Assembly (NCBI GenBank): GCA_038851075.1 | Contig: JAWCLG010000011.1 | Location: 1-33,669 of the forward strand | Length of the DNA stretch: 33,669 bases | Direction of reading: 5' to 3' | From: Candidatus Hadarchaeales archaeon | GTDB lineage: Archaea; Hadarchaeota; Hadarchaeia; Hadarchaeales; Hadarchaeaceae | Shown: piece by piece, positions 22,957-32,761 of the stretch | Numbering within the stretch: the stretch's first letter is position 1 | Layout of the letters: each line of letters opens with the position of its first letter | Position numbers and translations under genes: made by a program | The notes under the pieces: generated by a model | What the model was told of the DNA's origin: nothing | What the model saw: the letters and a program-made list of their open reading frames with translations, nothing else | Databases searched by the model: none

Positions 22957-24228
22957 CAGCGGTCTCTCCTTGAAAATCCTTGATGCCGCGCGCTCCACCT
23001 TTTTTCTGTCCTCCGGGAAGGTGTATACCCGGATTACGTCCACGTATCCTCCGATCACTTTGACCAGCCTGGAGTGATCCGATAGGCGTGAAAGTACTTT
23101 CGACCTGCCGCTTCCTGAAAACACGGCTATCTCGCGCGGGTCCCCCTCCTTCGGGTAGAGCGGAACCGAGGCAAGTGTGGGCACATCAACGAAGATCCTC
23201 TCCGGACTAACTCCAGCCTTTTCAGCAATCTCCATCTCGTTCTGCCTTCTGACCTCATCATCGCTGAGGAGCTTTGCCACGAATGGATCGCTTATGTGGA
23301 CCTCCCTCTGATACGCCGGCTTCAGCAGCCTTCTGCGCTCCAGCATGTCTATCATGAGACGCGCCCGTTTCACGTCATCCCTCCGGTCACGGTGCTCGGA
23401 TGGGTTCAGGGTCCTCATCCTGCTCATGACAAGCGCGTCGTTCAGCTGCAGGTACTCCTCAGGTCCGGAAAACGTGGTGAGCCCTATGATGTCGTGCACG
23501 CTGTCCATCGCCCTGCCAAGAAGTATTTCAGCGGCCCTGACAGCGTGGTGGTAGTAGACCGCGAGGAACATCTCGTACCTTGCAATCATCAGGGCCTCCA
23601 GGGCGTAAAGTGCCTTCAGATCAACCGCTATCGATCCGCGCACGACCTCCATCGCCTGAATTATCCTGTTTATGTCGATCCTTCCGTACTCCACTCCTGT
23701 GAAGTATGAATCGCGCACAAGAAAGTCCATCCTGTCCGAGTCGAACTGGCTGGAGATGGCCTGCCTCAGGTATCTCTTCTTTCCGGTGTTCGTCCATAGT
23801 CCGACAATTTCCTTTGGCTCATAGCCGCAGCCCCTCAGCACGTCGGACAGCTCGGTTCTGGATATCAACCACCTGCCAATCTCCTCGTGGTTCATTTTTT
23901 CGTGTTTTACCAGCACCTCCTCGGAGGAGTGAGAGAAGGGCCCGTGCCCTATGTCGTGCAGGAGCGCTGCCAGCCTGAGCAGCTGCTTCTCCTCCTCCGG
24001 TATGTCGGCGCTCTTCGAGAGCGCATCTGCCATCATTCCGGCCACGTGCATGGTGCCAACTGAGTGTGAGAATCTGGTGTGGTCCGCTCCTGGATACACC
24101 GCTGAGGCCACGGAAAGCTGTTTTATCCCCCTGAGCCTCTGGACCGGCCACGAGTCCACAACTCTCTTCTCAGTGTCGGTCATCCCGATGTACCCGTGCA
24201 CCGGGTCCCTGATGTATTTCTCGAACAT
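22936..24228 (-). CDS. HD-domain phosphohydrolase, SAMHD1/dNTP triphosphohydrolase-like
   Basis: IRDPVHGYI, QRLRGIKQL, YPGADHTRFSHS.G, LLHDIGHGPFSH, DSDRMDFLVRDSYFTG, ARYEMF.AVYYH. Start set at ATG 24228 (24261 is the alternative). Confidence 0.88.
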   Translation of the reverse strand: MFEKYIRDPVHGYIGMTDTEKRVVDSWPVQRLRGIKQLSVASAVYPGADHTRFSHSVGTMHVAGMMADALSKSADIPEEEKQLLRLAALLHDIGHGPFSHSSEEVLVKHEKMNHEEIGRWLISRTELSDVLRGCGYEPKEIVGLWTNTGKKRYLRQAISSQFDSDRMDFLVRDSYFTGVEYGRIDINRIIQAMEVVRGSIAVDLKALYALEALMIARYEMFLAVYYHHAVRAAEILLGRAMDSVHDIIGLTTFSGPEEYLQLNDALVMSRMRTLNPSEHRDRRDDVKRARLMIDMLERRRLLKPAYQREVHISDPFVAKLLSDDEVRRQNEMEIAEKAGVSPERIFVDVPTLASVPLYPKEGDPREIAVFSGSGRSKVLSRLSDHSRLVKVIGGYVDVIRVYTFPEDRKKVERAASRIFKERPLSDRISM

Positions 24229-24329
24229 ACCGACACCATAGACTATGTCGCCGCATCCCATAAATCAGTTTAAGGTAAGGTCCGGCCAAATTTCGTTAGG
24301 ATTAAATCCCCAGGACATTACCTAAAAAG

Positions 24330-25574
24330 ATGACATCCGATGAGAAAAATCAGGAGAGAAAGGGCAGAGCGGTGCTCAAGTGGGCTTATGTAGCTGTTGG
24401 TCTGGTTATCAACATCCTGCTCGGCACGATATACAGCTGGAGCGTTTTCAGGAACCCGCTGCAGGGAACGCTTGGGTGGAACCAGTTTGAATCATCACTT
24501 CCTTTCACTTTCTTTCTTTTCATGTTTGCGATTCTGATGCCGGTTGGCGGAAGGCTCATCGAGAAGATCGGACCAAGAAGGACAGCCATTCTCGGGGGGG
24601 CGCTCGTTGGGTCCGGATGGATATTGGGGGGCGTGCTTCCGTCAATGGGTCCATCGCTGCTTATGATGGTTCTGACCTACGGCATAATAGGTGGGGCCGG
24701 GGTCGGCATAATATATGGCGTGCCCATAGCGGTTTCCAGCAGGTGGGTCCCTGAGAGGAGGGGTCTCGCTGTCGGGCTCACGGTCATGGGGTTTGGACTC
24801 TCTCCACTCATAACAGCCCCGGTCGCCAGGTACGTGATAAATTCATCGGGAGTTCTCAACACGTTCCTGTACCTGGGTTTGGTCTTTTTCGCGGCTCTCG
24901 TTTTCTTATCGATGCTGATGGTGTTCCCGGGCAAACAGGTGTCGGCAGGTGCCGGAGTGGCGAGTGCGTCTGGGATGAAGCCCGGGGAAATGTTGAGGAC
25001 GGGAACATTTTACGGGGTCTGGCTGGCGTACGTGCTGGGGACAATGGGCGGCTTCATAGCGATCTCCCTGTCATCGCAGTACGGTGAGAACGTGGTGGGG
25101 CTGGATTCCTCCATGGCCGCAGCGGCAACCTCACTTTTTGCCGTGTTCAACGGGATCGGCAGGCCGGCATTCGGATCTCTCTGTGATAAGGCCGGGGTGA
25201 GAATCGGGGCAGTGGTATCATTTGTTCTGATACTCATCGCCTCGCTCACCGCAACACAGTCCAGTACCCTGCCGCTCTATCTGCTCTCTTTTGCGATACT
25301 GTGGTTCACGTTTGGAGGATGGCTCGCCATAGCGCCCACAGCCACCGCCGGCTTTTTCGGTCTTAGAAACCAGAGCATGAACTACGGGATTGTGTTCACG
25401 GCTTACGGTGCCGGCGCTCTGATAGGTCCCTCAGTGGCAGGTTACATATATCAGGCGACCGGAGCGTATCATCTTGCATTCATAACAACTGCAATCATGT
25501 CGGTATCTGGAATGCTCGTCTCTGCATTGCTGTTGAAGCCGGTGAAAACCGTAAAGAGAGAAGTCAGCCGATGA
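24330..25574 (+). CDS. MFS transporter, oxalate/formate antiporter (OFA)-like
   Basis: About 12 hydrophobic helices; LGTIYSWSVF..PL, GGRLIEKIGPR, RWVPERRGLAVGL..MGFG, FNGIGRP.FG, NYGIVFTAYG. Confidence 0.88.
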   Translation: MTSDEKNQERKGRAVLKWAYVAVGLVINILLGTIYSWSVFRNPLQGTLGWNQFESSLPFTFFLFMFAILMPVGGRLIEKIGPRRTAILGGALVGSGWILGGVLPSMGPSLLMMVLTYGIIGGAGVGIIYGVPIAVSSRWVPERRGLAVGLTVMGFGLSPLITAPVARYVINSSGVLNTFLYLGLVFFAALVFLSMLMVFPGKQVSAGAGVASASGMKPGEMLRTGTFYGVWLAYVLGTMGGFIAISLSSQYGENVVGLDSSMAAAATSLFAVFNGIGRPAFGSLCDKAGVRIGAVVSFVLILIASLTATQSSTLPLYLLSFAILWFTFGGWLAIAPTATAGFFGLRNQSMNYGIVFTAYGAGALIGPSVAGYIYQATGAYHLAFITTAIMSVSGMLVSALLLKPVKTVKREVSR

Positions 25575-26739
25575 CCTTGTGGTATGTGCTGTTCAGGGCA
25601 TCCATTGTGGCGCGCCAGTTGAACTTTTTCACCTTCTCCAGCGCGCCAGCGGATATTCGCTTCATCTCGTTTGCGCTGTTGATGAGGTAGTTTATTCCCC
25701 ACGCGACAGAGTCGGGGTTCACGTACACCTTCACCCCGTCAACAAAGTTTTCTATGTTCTCACCCAGACCCCCCACCTCGGTTGCGACCACAGGTCTTCC
25801 GGTGGCCCAGGCCTCCAGCAGCACTATGCCAAAGGGCTCGTTCCTGCTGGGTATGCATATTATATCGCATGTGTTGAGCAGTTCGAGGTGCGCCCAGAAG
25901 GGTATGAAACCGAGGAACCTTGTAGCGTGAGCCACTCCGAGCTCGTGCGCCCTGCGCTCTAGGTGAGGCCTCATTCCACCCTCACCAGCGAATATGAACT
26001 TAACGTCCCACCTGTTTGCGATGACACGAGGAATCGCCTCCATCAGGAGATCTGGCCCCTTCTGGTAGGTCATCCGCCCTAGAAATCCAACAGTCGGCGC
26101 CAGCGGATGTATGCCGTATTTCTCTTTCACCCTGCCGGGGTCGACATGCATCTGGTACTCCCTCGGCTCAACGGCGTTTGGTATCACATCTATTTTTTCA
26201 GTCGGGACCTTATAGAGCCATGAGAGCTCGTTCTTCATCGCGTTGGATACTGTCGTTATTCTATCTGCGATGTATCCACCGTACCACTCCTTTCCAGAAA
26301 TTTCACCGAACTCCCACCAGTCCCCGAATATCCCGCCGTTCCTTCCGTACTCCGTGGAGTGAAAGGTTATGACGATTTTTCTGCCCATCTGCTTCAGATC
26401 GTTAAGTGCGTCCACCACGTGCCAGTCGTGGCCGTGGATGATGTCAAATCTTCCGCGGTATCTTTCAGTTTCCTGTACCGCGCTCACCATTGCCTTGGAC
26501 ATGTTGCGTGCGAGTTCGAGAATGTTTGACCCGGGGTTGAACTTGCACCTGTGGTAGTTCACGCCGTTTATATACTCGTACTCCGGATAACCCTCCGACC
26601 ACCTGGTGAAAACGTGTACCTCATTGCCGCGCTTTGCCGTTTCCTCCGCGAGCTTTGAGACGACCGTGGCAAGGCCTCCCACTCGTATGGAGTGTAAGGA
26701 TTCCCATGCAAGGTGGGCTATTTTCAAGTTATTCACCAA
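25564..26739 (-). CDS. Glycosyltransferase family 4 (glycogen-cluster type)
   Basis: VGGLA, IIHGHDWH, TFHSTEYGRNG, GRMTYQKGPDLL, PSRNEPFGIVLLEAW. Confidence 0.9.
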   Translation of the reverse strand: MVNNLKIAHLAWESLHSIRVGGLATVVSKLAEETAKRGNEVHVFTRWSEGYPEYEYINGVNYHRCKFNPGSNILELARNMSKAMVSAVQETERYRGRFDIIHGHDWHVVDALNDLKQMGRKIVITFHSTEYGRNGGIFGDWWEFGEISGKEWYGGYIADRITTVSNAMKNELSWLYKVPTEKIDVIPNAVEPREYQMHVDPGRVKEKYGIHPLAPTVGFLGRMTYQKGPDLLMEAIPRVIANRWDVKFIFAGEGGMRPHLERRAHELGVAHATRFLGFIPFWAHLELLNTCDIICIPSRNEPFGIVLLEAWATGRPVVATEVGGLGENIENFVDGVKVYVNPDSVAWGINYLINSANEMKRISAGALEKVKKFNWRATMDALNSTYHKVIG

Positions 26740-26778
26740 TTCAATTCTGCGCCAACGTATTTAAATGGAATTGCAGTT

Positions 26779-28314
26779 TCATCGATAACAGGCGAGTTCG
26801 TTTATTCTGGCTCCGATTTTTTCTGACAGAGCTTTTCTGACGTCAGCATCAGCTTTGATTTTTGATATTTCTCCTGCAAGTTTCCGGTCCCCCACCGTTT
26901 CAGCCACCCATCTTTCAAGATCCCCGTTTTCCAAGTGTTGAACAATCGATTTTTCAGGGACAATCTGTACAACTTCGTAAAGTTCCATCAGGCTGTGGGC
27001 AGAGAGGTTTATGTACCTGCCGCCCTCAAAGAAGTGAAACGCCCTGTCCGGGGGAAGCGGTCTGAGCAGTCTGAGATGCTCCCCGGCGTCCCCCGACCTT
27101 TCTGATACCTTGGCGTAAAAGTCGGATAAAACCCTCATCATCACCCAGAATGCCTCAGAGGGGAACTGCTGGCTGAAGTACCCGTGAACCATGCCAGACG
27201 GACCTGGAGTTGAGTACATGTAATATACCAGATCGCTAGTCTGAAGGTATCTCCAGACCTTTGTCAGATCCGGTTCACGAACTTTTCTGATCCATGGTTC
27301 CAGCGACTTTATGTGTCTGAAGGCAGTTCTCTGCATGTCGTTTCCGAGCCACGCGTTTGCGCTGCGCTCCGCGTCCGCCCATGAGATTGTCGCGAAGTCG
27401 TGGACGTCTATCTCCCCGACGGGTTCATGTCTCAGAAGATCGGATGGAAGGGAGAACTCCAGGTGACTGTGGTTAAGGACCTCGCCCGGTAGCCAGCGCA
27501 GGAACTCGTGTATGCCCGTTTCGGGCCACTGGTGTTCCCCCATGGTTTCATAGTCCATGAATATGTTTATGCATACCCCAGGGGTGGCGGAAAGCCAGAA
27601 TGCGTATCTGCCAGCCGTGAGCGGCCATCCTCCCCAGTCTCTGTTGGAGAACTTGAACGCCACATCGTCGGAGAGCCTAAAGTTCCTGAGCAGCACTTTT
27701 ATGTCTGCGGAGCTCGCCCGATAGACATAGTTCGGGGACCTCCAGCCCAGGATCCTCTCCGCACCCTCGGTGAATATCCCTCTGAAGCCCATCGATTCGA
27801 CTGTCTTTGCGATCGAGTTGTTGTAGATGAACTCCGTGTTCTCAAAAACGGTTGGTTTCATTCCAGTTATTTCCGCTACCTTTTTTCTGTGCATGTCCAC
27901 CTGTTCGATGAATTCCGTTCTGTCGGATGAGAAGATGCTTGACAGCGAGTGATAGTATGTCTGGGATAGGAACTCTGCGCATCCGGTCCTCGCCACTTCC
28001 CTGAAGCAATCCAGCACCTCGGGGGACCAGCGCTCGCACTGCTCGATTAGGGTCCCTGAGAGGCTGAATGCCACCTTGAACTTCCTCCTCTCCTTTCTGT
28101 ATCTCTCCAGGTTCTCCAGAATTATGTTCGTGGCTGGGAGGTAGCACTTTCTGACGACCCTGAGAAATATTTCTTTGTTTAGAGAGTTGTCGAAGTAGGT
28201 TTCCATAAGTTCGGAGGGTTTTTTACCTCTCGCCATTTCTTCGCTGAATTTCCGGTTTAACCTGAACGGCTGATGCACCTCGAAGCCGAGACATATCTCA
28301 GTCACGTCTGGCAC
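26779..28314 (-). CDS. Glycoside hydrolase family 57 (alpha-amylase type) with C-terminal DUF5752-like domain
   Basis: FEVHQPFRL, KCYLPA, QTYYHSL, FENTEFIYNN, LSDDVAF.FS, FMDYETMGEHQW.ETGI, LQTSD..YYM; C-terminal FHF...AHSL.EL...SI..H...GD..RW....GD..LA. Confidence 0.9.
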   Translation of the reverse strand: MPDVTEICLGFEVHQPFRLNRKFSEEMARGKKPSELMETYFDNSLNKEIFLRVVRKCYLPATNIILENLERYRKERRKFKVAFSLSGTLIEQCERWSPEVLDCFREVARTGCAEFLSQTYYHSLSSIFSSDRTEFIEQVDMHRKKVAEITGMKPTVFENTEFIYNNSIAKTVESMGFRGIFTEGAERILGWRSPNYVYRASSADIKVLLRNFRLSDDVAFKFSNRDWGGWPLTAGRYAFWLSATPGVCINIFMDYETMGEHQWPETGIHEFLRWLPGEVLNHSHLEFSLPSDLLRHEPVGEIDVHDFATISWADAERSANAWLGNDMQRTAFRHIKSLEPWIRKVREPDLTKVWRYLQTSDLVYYMYSTPGPSGMVHGYFSQQFPSEAFWVMMRVLSDFYAKVSERSGDAGEHLRLLRPLPPDRAFHFFEGGRYINLSAHSLMELYEVVQIVPEKSIVQHLENGDLERWVAETVGDRKLAGEISKIKADADVRKALSEKIGARINELACYR

Positions 28315-30277
28315 CCAACCTTAACTCATATTCCGGTCTGCGCCGGAGTATGTCCTCACAATAAGCCCGCAGCACCTCAGCCACGCTCCATGCCTGTGAG
28401 ATGCATCCCCTCGGCACGTGCGGTTCATCTCCGTCGAATATCTCGGATATCGTGCCGAGTCCTGCCTCTGTGAGGTGTTGTCCCGCGAGGTATTTCAGGT
28501 ATCCTGCCGCCTCCTGCCTGCTTCCTCCAGTCCTCACAAATGCGGTGATGAACGGACCGATCAGCCAGCCCCAGACTGTTCCCTGGTGATATGCGAAATC
28601 GCGCTCCTCCTGGTTTCCGGCGCACCTCCCCCTGTATCCCGGATCCCCCTGCGCGAGACTCCTGAGCCCGACCCGTGTGAGGAGCTTCGTCCGGACCGCG
28701 TCCACGACTGAAGCTGCCATATTTCCTTCGATTACCGGGAAAGGCATACTAACCGCGAATATCTGATTTGGCCTCACCCTGCCGTCTGCTCCATCGTCCG
28801 AGACCACATCGTAAAGATATCCTCCGGACGGATTCCAGAAGACATTCGCGAAGCTCTCCCTCACCGTCTCTGAGAGTCCGGAGTACGGGAATTTCTCCCC
28901 TATGGTCCTCCCAATCTCCTCCATGCTTCTCAGGGCGTTGTACCACATGGAGTTTATCTCCACCGCCTTTCCGCGCCTTGGGGTCACCTCCCTTCCCCCA
29001 ACAACCGCGTCCATCCAGGTTCTACCCTCGTTGACCACCAGACAGTCTCCGTCAATCCTTGCCACACCCTCCCTCCCTTTCACCAGGATGTCCGTGATTC
29101 TCACCATAAAATTCCACATCCTTCTCGCGAGCTCGAGGTCGTAGGTGTAACAGAGGTATTTATAGAACGCGTAGATGTACAGCAGGGACACATCTATCGG
29201 TCCGTACTCCGCGCTTTTTTCGTCGAACCAGTTTGGCAGAATCCCGTCCCTGTCGCGCGCCGCCATATCGAGCAGTATCTTTCTTGCCTCGCTGTGCCTG
29301 CGGGTCACAAGCGTCAGCCCGGGAAGGCTGATCAGCGTGTCCCTGCCCCAGCATCCGAACCAGTGGTATCCCGCGATCACCCTGCCGCTGGTCAGAAAGG
29401 AGTCTGAGGCGTGGACAAGCGGAGCGAGCTCCCTCATGCCGCTGTCCCTCACAAGACCTTCCAGCCGGGCCTCTTCATCCGACTGTATGGCAGCCGGACC
29501 GCGAGACAGTTTGGATAGGATATCTTCAAGGGTGGAGTGGGCCCTGCTCCCGCAGACCGCTATCATGGTGAAGTCCGCGGATGACCTTAACCTGGACTCA
29601 AAATACCCCGGGCAGTAGCAGTCCTCCAGAAAATCGTAACCGCGCTCCCTTTCTTCTCGGTGCAGGACGTTTCTGTACCACCTCTGCTCCTCAGGCAGGC
29701 TTGACCTGATGTACAGCATGCCCGGAACGCTCATGATAAGGAACGGAGTTCCCCTGAAGGACAGTTCGATGGAGTTATGGGTCTCCCACTGATGAAACTG
29801 CACTTGGCCGTACCTCATCAGGGAATGAATGTCCCTGAAGCTAACCAGTGGTCTGAGAACGAGCTTCAGTCTGAGCCCTCCTGGGTTCTCGACTTCGTAC
29901 CTGATCACCGTTGCGTTCTTTCCGTGCGGCATGGTTACCGTCTTTTTAATTCTGACGCCGTCGTGTTCGTAGCGGAATGTGGGAAACGGTCTGAGCGAGA
30001 ACTTTACGAGGTGTTTGTATCCATCGGGATGGATGGAGGACGGATATTCCGAGGACGATAGGTGGAAAGATGCATCTCCGGAGATCTCCTCTTCAATGCC
30101 GGTTAGTACCATCATCCTGCCAAAAGGCGGTTCGGAGAAAGGGGCCGCGAGAAGCCCGTGGTACCTTCTGGTGTTTATTCCTGCAACGGTTGAGGATGCG
30201 TATCCTCCAAGCCCGTTCGTGATTATCCACTCGCGTGAGAGCATTTCGTCTAGGCCGCTGAACGGGCCGAACTCCAC
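28298..30277 (-). CDS. Amylo-alpha-1,6-glucosidase (archaeal-type glycogen debranching enzyme)
   Basis: REWIITNGLGGYASST..G.NTRRYHGLL, IAGYHWF..WGRDTLISLPGL, TWMDA, PRRGKAVEIN.MWYNAL, RPNQIFA, AYHQGTVW.WL, SEIFDGD.PH.PRGCISQAWSVAE. Confidence 0.93.
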   Translation of the reverse strand: MEFGPFSGLDEMLSREWIITNGLGGYASSTVAGINTRRYHGLLAAPFSEPPFGRMMVLTGIEEEISGDASFHLSSSEYPSSIHPDGYKHLVKFSLRPFPTFRYEHDGVRIKKTVTMPHGKNATVIRYEVENPGGLRLKLVLRPLVSFRDIHSLMRYGQVQFHQWETHNSIELSFRGTPFLIMSVPGMLYIRSSLPEEQRWYRNVLHREERERGYDFLEDCYCPGYFESRLRSSADFTMIAVCGSRAHSTLEDILSKLSRGPAAIQSDEEARLEGLVRDSGMRELAPLVHASDSFLTSGRVIAGYHWFGCWGRDTLISLPGLTLVTRRHSEARKILLDMAARDRDGILPNWFDEKSAEYGPIDVSLLYIYAFYKYLCYTYDLELARRMWNFMVRITDILVKGREGVARIDGDCLVVNEGRTWMDAVVGGREVTPRRGKAVEINSMWYNALRSMEEIGRTIGEKFPYSGLSETVRESFANVFWNPSGGYLYDVVSDDGADGRVRPNQIFAVSMPFPVIEGNMAASVVDAVRTKLLTRVGLRSLAQGDPGYRGRCAGNQEERDFAYHQGTVWGWLIGPFITAFVRTGGSRQEAAGYLKYLAGQHLTEAGLGTISEIFDGDEPHVPRGCISQAWSVAEVLRAYCEDILRRRPEYELRLGARRD

Positions 30278-30285
30278 CTCACCAC

Positions 30286-31536
30286 CTATCCACCGGCGTC
30301 CGAGATCGCCTGCCAGTAGACGTGAAGTGTCCTATCGACGACCTTGTCCAGCGCAAACTCCTCCAGAACCCTGTTCCTCGCGTTATTTCCTAGCTTTTTT
30401 CTCAGCCCTTCATCCTTCAGCAGCTCAACAGCAAACTTGGCGATGTCGTTCGGGTCATCGGGGTTTATGTGGGAGCCGCACCTCTTCGGGCCGAAGGGTA
30501 TCACCTGCTCCCTGAAGCCCGATGTTCCCTTAGCGCCCACTATCACAGGCTTACCCATGCTCATCGCCTCTGTGCAGACTATACCAAACGGCTCATATTT
30601 TGAGGGGAAAACCGCCACATCGCAAGCCGCGTAGTAGGTTATCCTCTCCTCCTCTGGCACGTAGCTAAAGACGCACTTTACGCTGTTCTGGATGCCCATG
30701 TGGGAGATCATCTCCTTTATCATGTTCTCCTGGTCGCCCTTCCCCACGAGGACGAGCTTGGCGTTGGGCACCTCGCTGAGTATTGCGGGCATGGCCCTGA
30801 CTAAGGTATCGGCGCCCTTCACCCATGTCAGTCTTCCTATAAACAGGAGCATCGGGTCGTTTCCCACACCCAGCTTCTGTCTGAGTTCGGCTACTTTTTC
30901 AGGCGGCACGTTGTCAGGGTTGTATTTCTGCTCGTCAACTCCGTTGTACACCACCCTTATCTTCTTCTCGTCGTAACCGAGGGAGATGAGCTGATCACGC
31001 ATAGCGTAGCTAACTGTTATCACTATATCGGCCGCTTTTGCCCCTCCCCTCTCCAGCGCCTTGATGGATGGAGATCCGTCCCCGACCCTTCCCTCCTCCA
31101 CCGAGTGCAGGTGTATGACCATGGGCTTCTTCAGCGCCCTTTTGGTCACAATGCCGGCCACGGCGGAGAGCCAGTCGTGCGCCACAACAAGATCGAACTT
31201 TCTTCCCTCGACCTCTGAGAGCAGGTTCACCGCCTTTGTTGTCGAGAGGATGTTGTAAAGGAGGACCCCCGCGAAGTACCTTTGGGAGTCCAGTGGCCAG
31301 CGCTTGACCTCATCCGGGATAAGCGCGGCTAGAAGCTCTGTCACATCCACGGTTATCGGCCTGTGGACCTCAACGCCATCGACGATCTGCTTTGTCGGTG
31401 CTCCTTCCACCTTGTTGGAGAAAACCGTGACATTATGCCCGAGTCGCACGAATCGTCTGCTCATCTCGTAGGCGTAGGTGCCCAGTCCGCCCACGAAGAA
31501 AGGCGGATATTCATATGAGAAGTACAGGATGTTCAC
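30286..31536 (-). CDS. Glycosyltransferase family 4 (glycogen synthase-like)
   Basis: EYPP..VGGLG, AHDWLS, HLHSVE.GR, IGRLTWVKG, PSKYEPFGIVCTEAM. Confidence 0.9.
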   Translation of the reverse strand: MNILYFSYEYPPFFVGGLGTYAYEMSRRFVRLGHNVTVFSNKVEGAPTKQIVDGVEVHRPITVDVTELLAALIPDEVKRWPLDSQRYFAGVLLYNILSTTKAVNLLSEVEGRKFDLVVAHDWLSAVAGIVTKRALKKPMVIHLHSVEEGRVGDGSPSIKALERGGAKAADIVITVSYAMRDQLISLGYDEKKIRVVYNGVDEQKYNPDNVPPEKVAELRQKLGVGNDPMLLFIGRLTWVKGADTLVRAMPAILSEVPNAKLVLVGKGDQENMIKEMISHMGIQNSVKCVFSYVPEEERITYYAACDVAVFPSKYEPFGIVCTEAMSMGKPVIVGAKGTSGFREQVIPFGPKRCGSHINPDDPNDIAKFAVELLKDEGLRKKLGNNARNRVLEEFALDKVVDRTLHVYWQAISDAGG

Positions 31537-31683
31537 CGGTATCCCCTGTGTTAATGGACACGGAGTGGTTTAAATTTATTTGTCCCGTGATTCGGGATTC
31601 ACCCGAACTTGTTGTGGATCAATCTGTAACCTCGCCCTTCAGCGGGTATCACACATGCGTCATGAGAACAGCCGACTGGGCGT

Positions 31684-32724
31684 TCATAAATAGTCCCTCA
31701 TCGTGACCGCCACATCCTCAGGCATCGCCTCTATAACTGGTTCTAGCTGGAGCCTTTCCATGAAGCCGCAGTCGCTTATGTGGAATGGGGCAGGAGCCGG
31801 CCTGCTTATGATCCTCGCATTTAACCAGTAGTATTCTGAAAGATCCTCATCCGATGGTCCTGAAAAGGTCGTGAAGTTCATGCTCCTCACGCCCATATCG
31901 TGATATCCTCTGAGAAGTGCAGAGAGCCCATCGCACAGATCCTTCAGTCCGTCTCCGAGCTGATCAAGGGACGAGGCTCCCTCCGCTATTCCTATCACCT
32001 CACGGCTTGCTCTGGGAGCGTAGCCGGCAAGCCAGTGCACCCGCCCAGTTCTCCCTATGTACCTCTCGCCCTTCTCTTCCTCGAGCCGCACGAGGTCCAT
32101 CCAGTAGTTTGAGCCATGTCTCTTCCGGTACTCCATGCTCCTCTTCAAGAGGTTCTCCAGATAGGGAGAGGGTAGCGGCTCCGCGAGTATCTGAACATGA
32201 GGGTGGATTATGCTGGACGCTGCAGGCTGCATGTAGTTCCAGCTTATCTGCCAGAAGCGCTGGGATGGATCGAGCTTCATCACGGACCTGAAGTACTGAA
32301 TGCATGCAGAGAAACAGTCGACTATCATGTCAGCGGGGAACTTATTTAGGGGAAGATAATGATCCTCAGAAAAAACACCGACGGCGTGAAAACCGCCGAA
32401 CGGGAAGAGATTCGGGAACACGACCGCCCTGCCGACCCTTATCCTCTCACCAAGCCCCGCTGGAAGCTTTGGAGTCTTCTCCTCGATGCTGTGGGGACAG
32501 AAAAAACATCTCCCCTCTGATTCCTTCACTATCTTCCTAAGGTCCTCTGATTCAACCGGTGACTGCTTTGGTCTCTTCGTCCTCTCAACGTTTATCCTGC
32601 ACCTTTCCCCGGTGAGCGGGTCGGTCCTTATCTCTATCAGCTGTTCTACCTCTGAGAACCCGCAGAGCGGGCTTCGGAACCTCGCCAGCTGGTGGGATTT
32701 GATGAAGCTTATTCCCCCGCGCAT
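31684..32724 (-). CDS. galT: Galactose-1-phosphate uridylyltransferase-like (GalT/HIT) nucleotidyltransferase
   Basis: EIRTDPLTG, R.KRP, Zn site CFFCP, FPNLFPF, NY...AASSIIHPHVQ active-site motif. Start set at ATG 32724. Confidence 0.8.
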   Translation of the reverse strand: MRGGISFIKSHQLARFRSPLCGFSEVEQLIEIRTDPLTGERCRINVERTKRPKQSPVESEDLRKIVKESEGRCFFCPHSIEEKTPKLPAGLGERIRVGRAVVFPNLFPFGGFHAVGVFSEDHYLPLNKFPADMIVDCFSACIQYFRSVMKLDPSQRFWQISWNYMQPAASSIIHPHVQILAEPLPSPYLENLLKRSMEYRKRHGSNYWMDLVRLEEEKGERYIGRTGRVHWLAGYAPRASREVIGIAEGASSLDQLGDGLKDLCDGLSALLRGYHDMGVRSMNFTTFSGPSDEDLSEYYWLNARIISRPAPAPFHISDCGFMERLQLEPVIEAMPEDVAVTMRDYL

Positions 32725-32761
32725 CTTCTCACGGTAGAAGTCTGGGACAGACGATTTTAAT

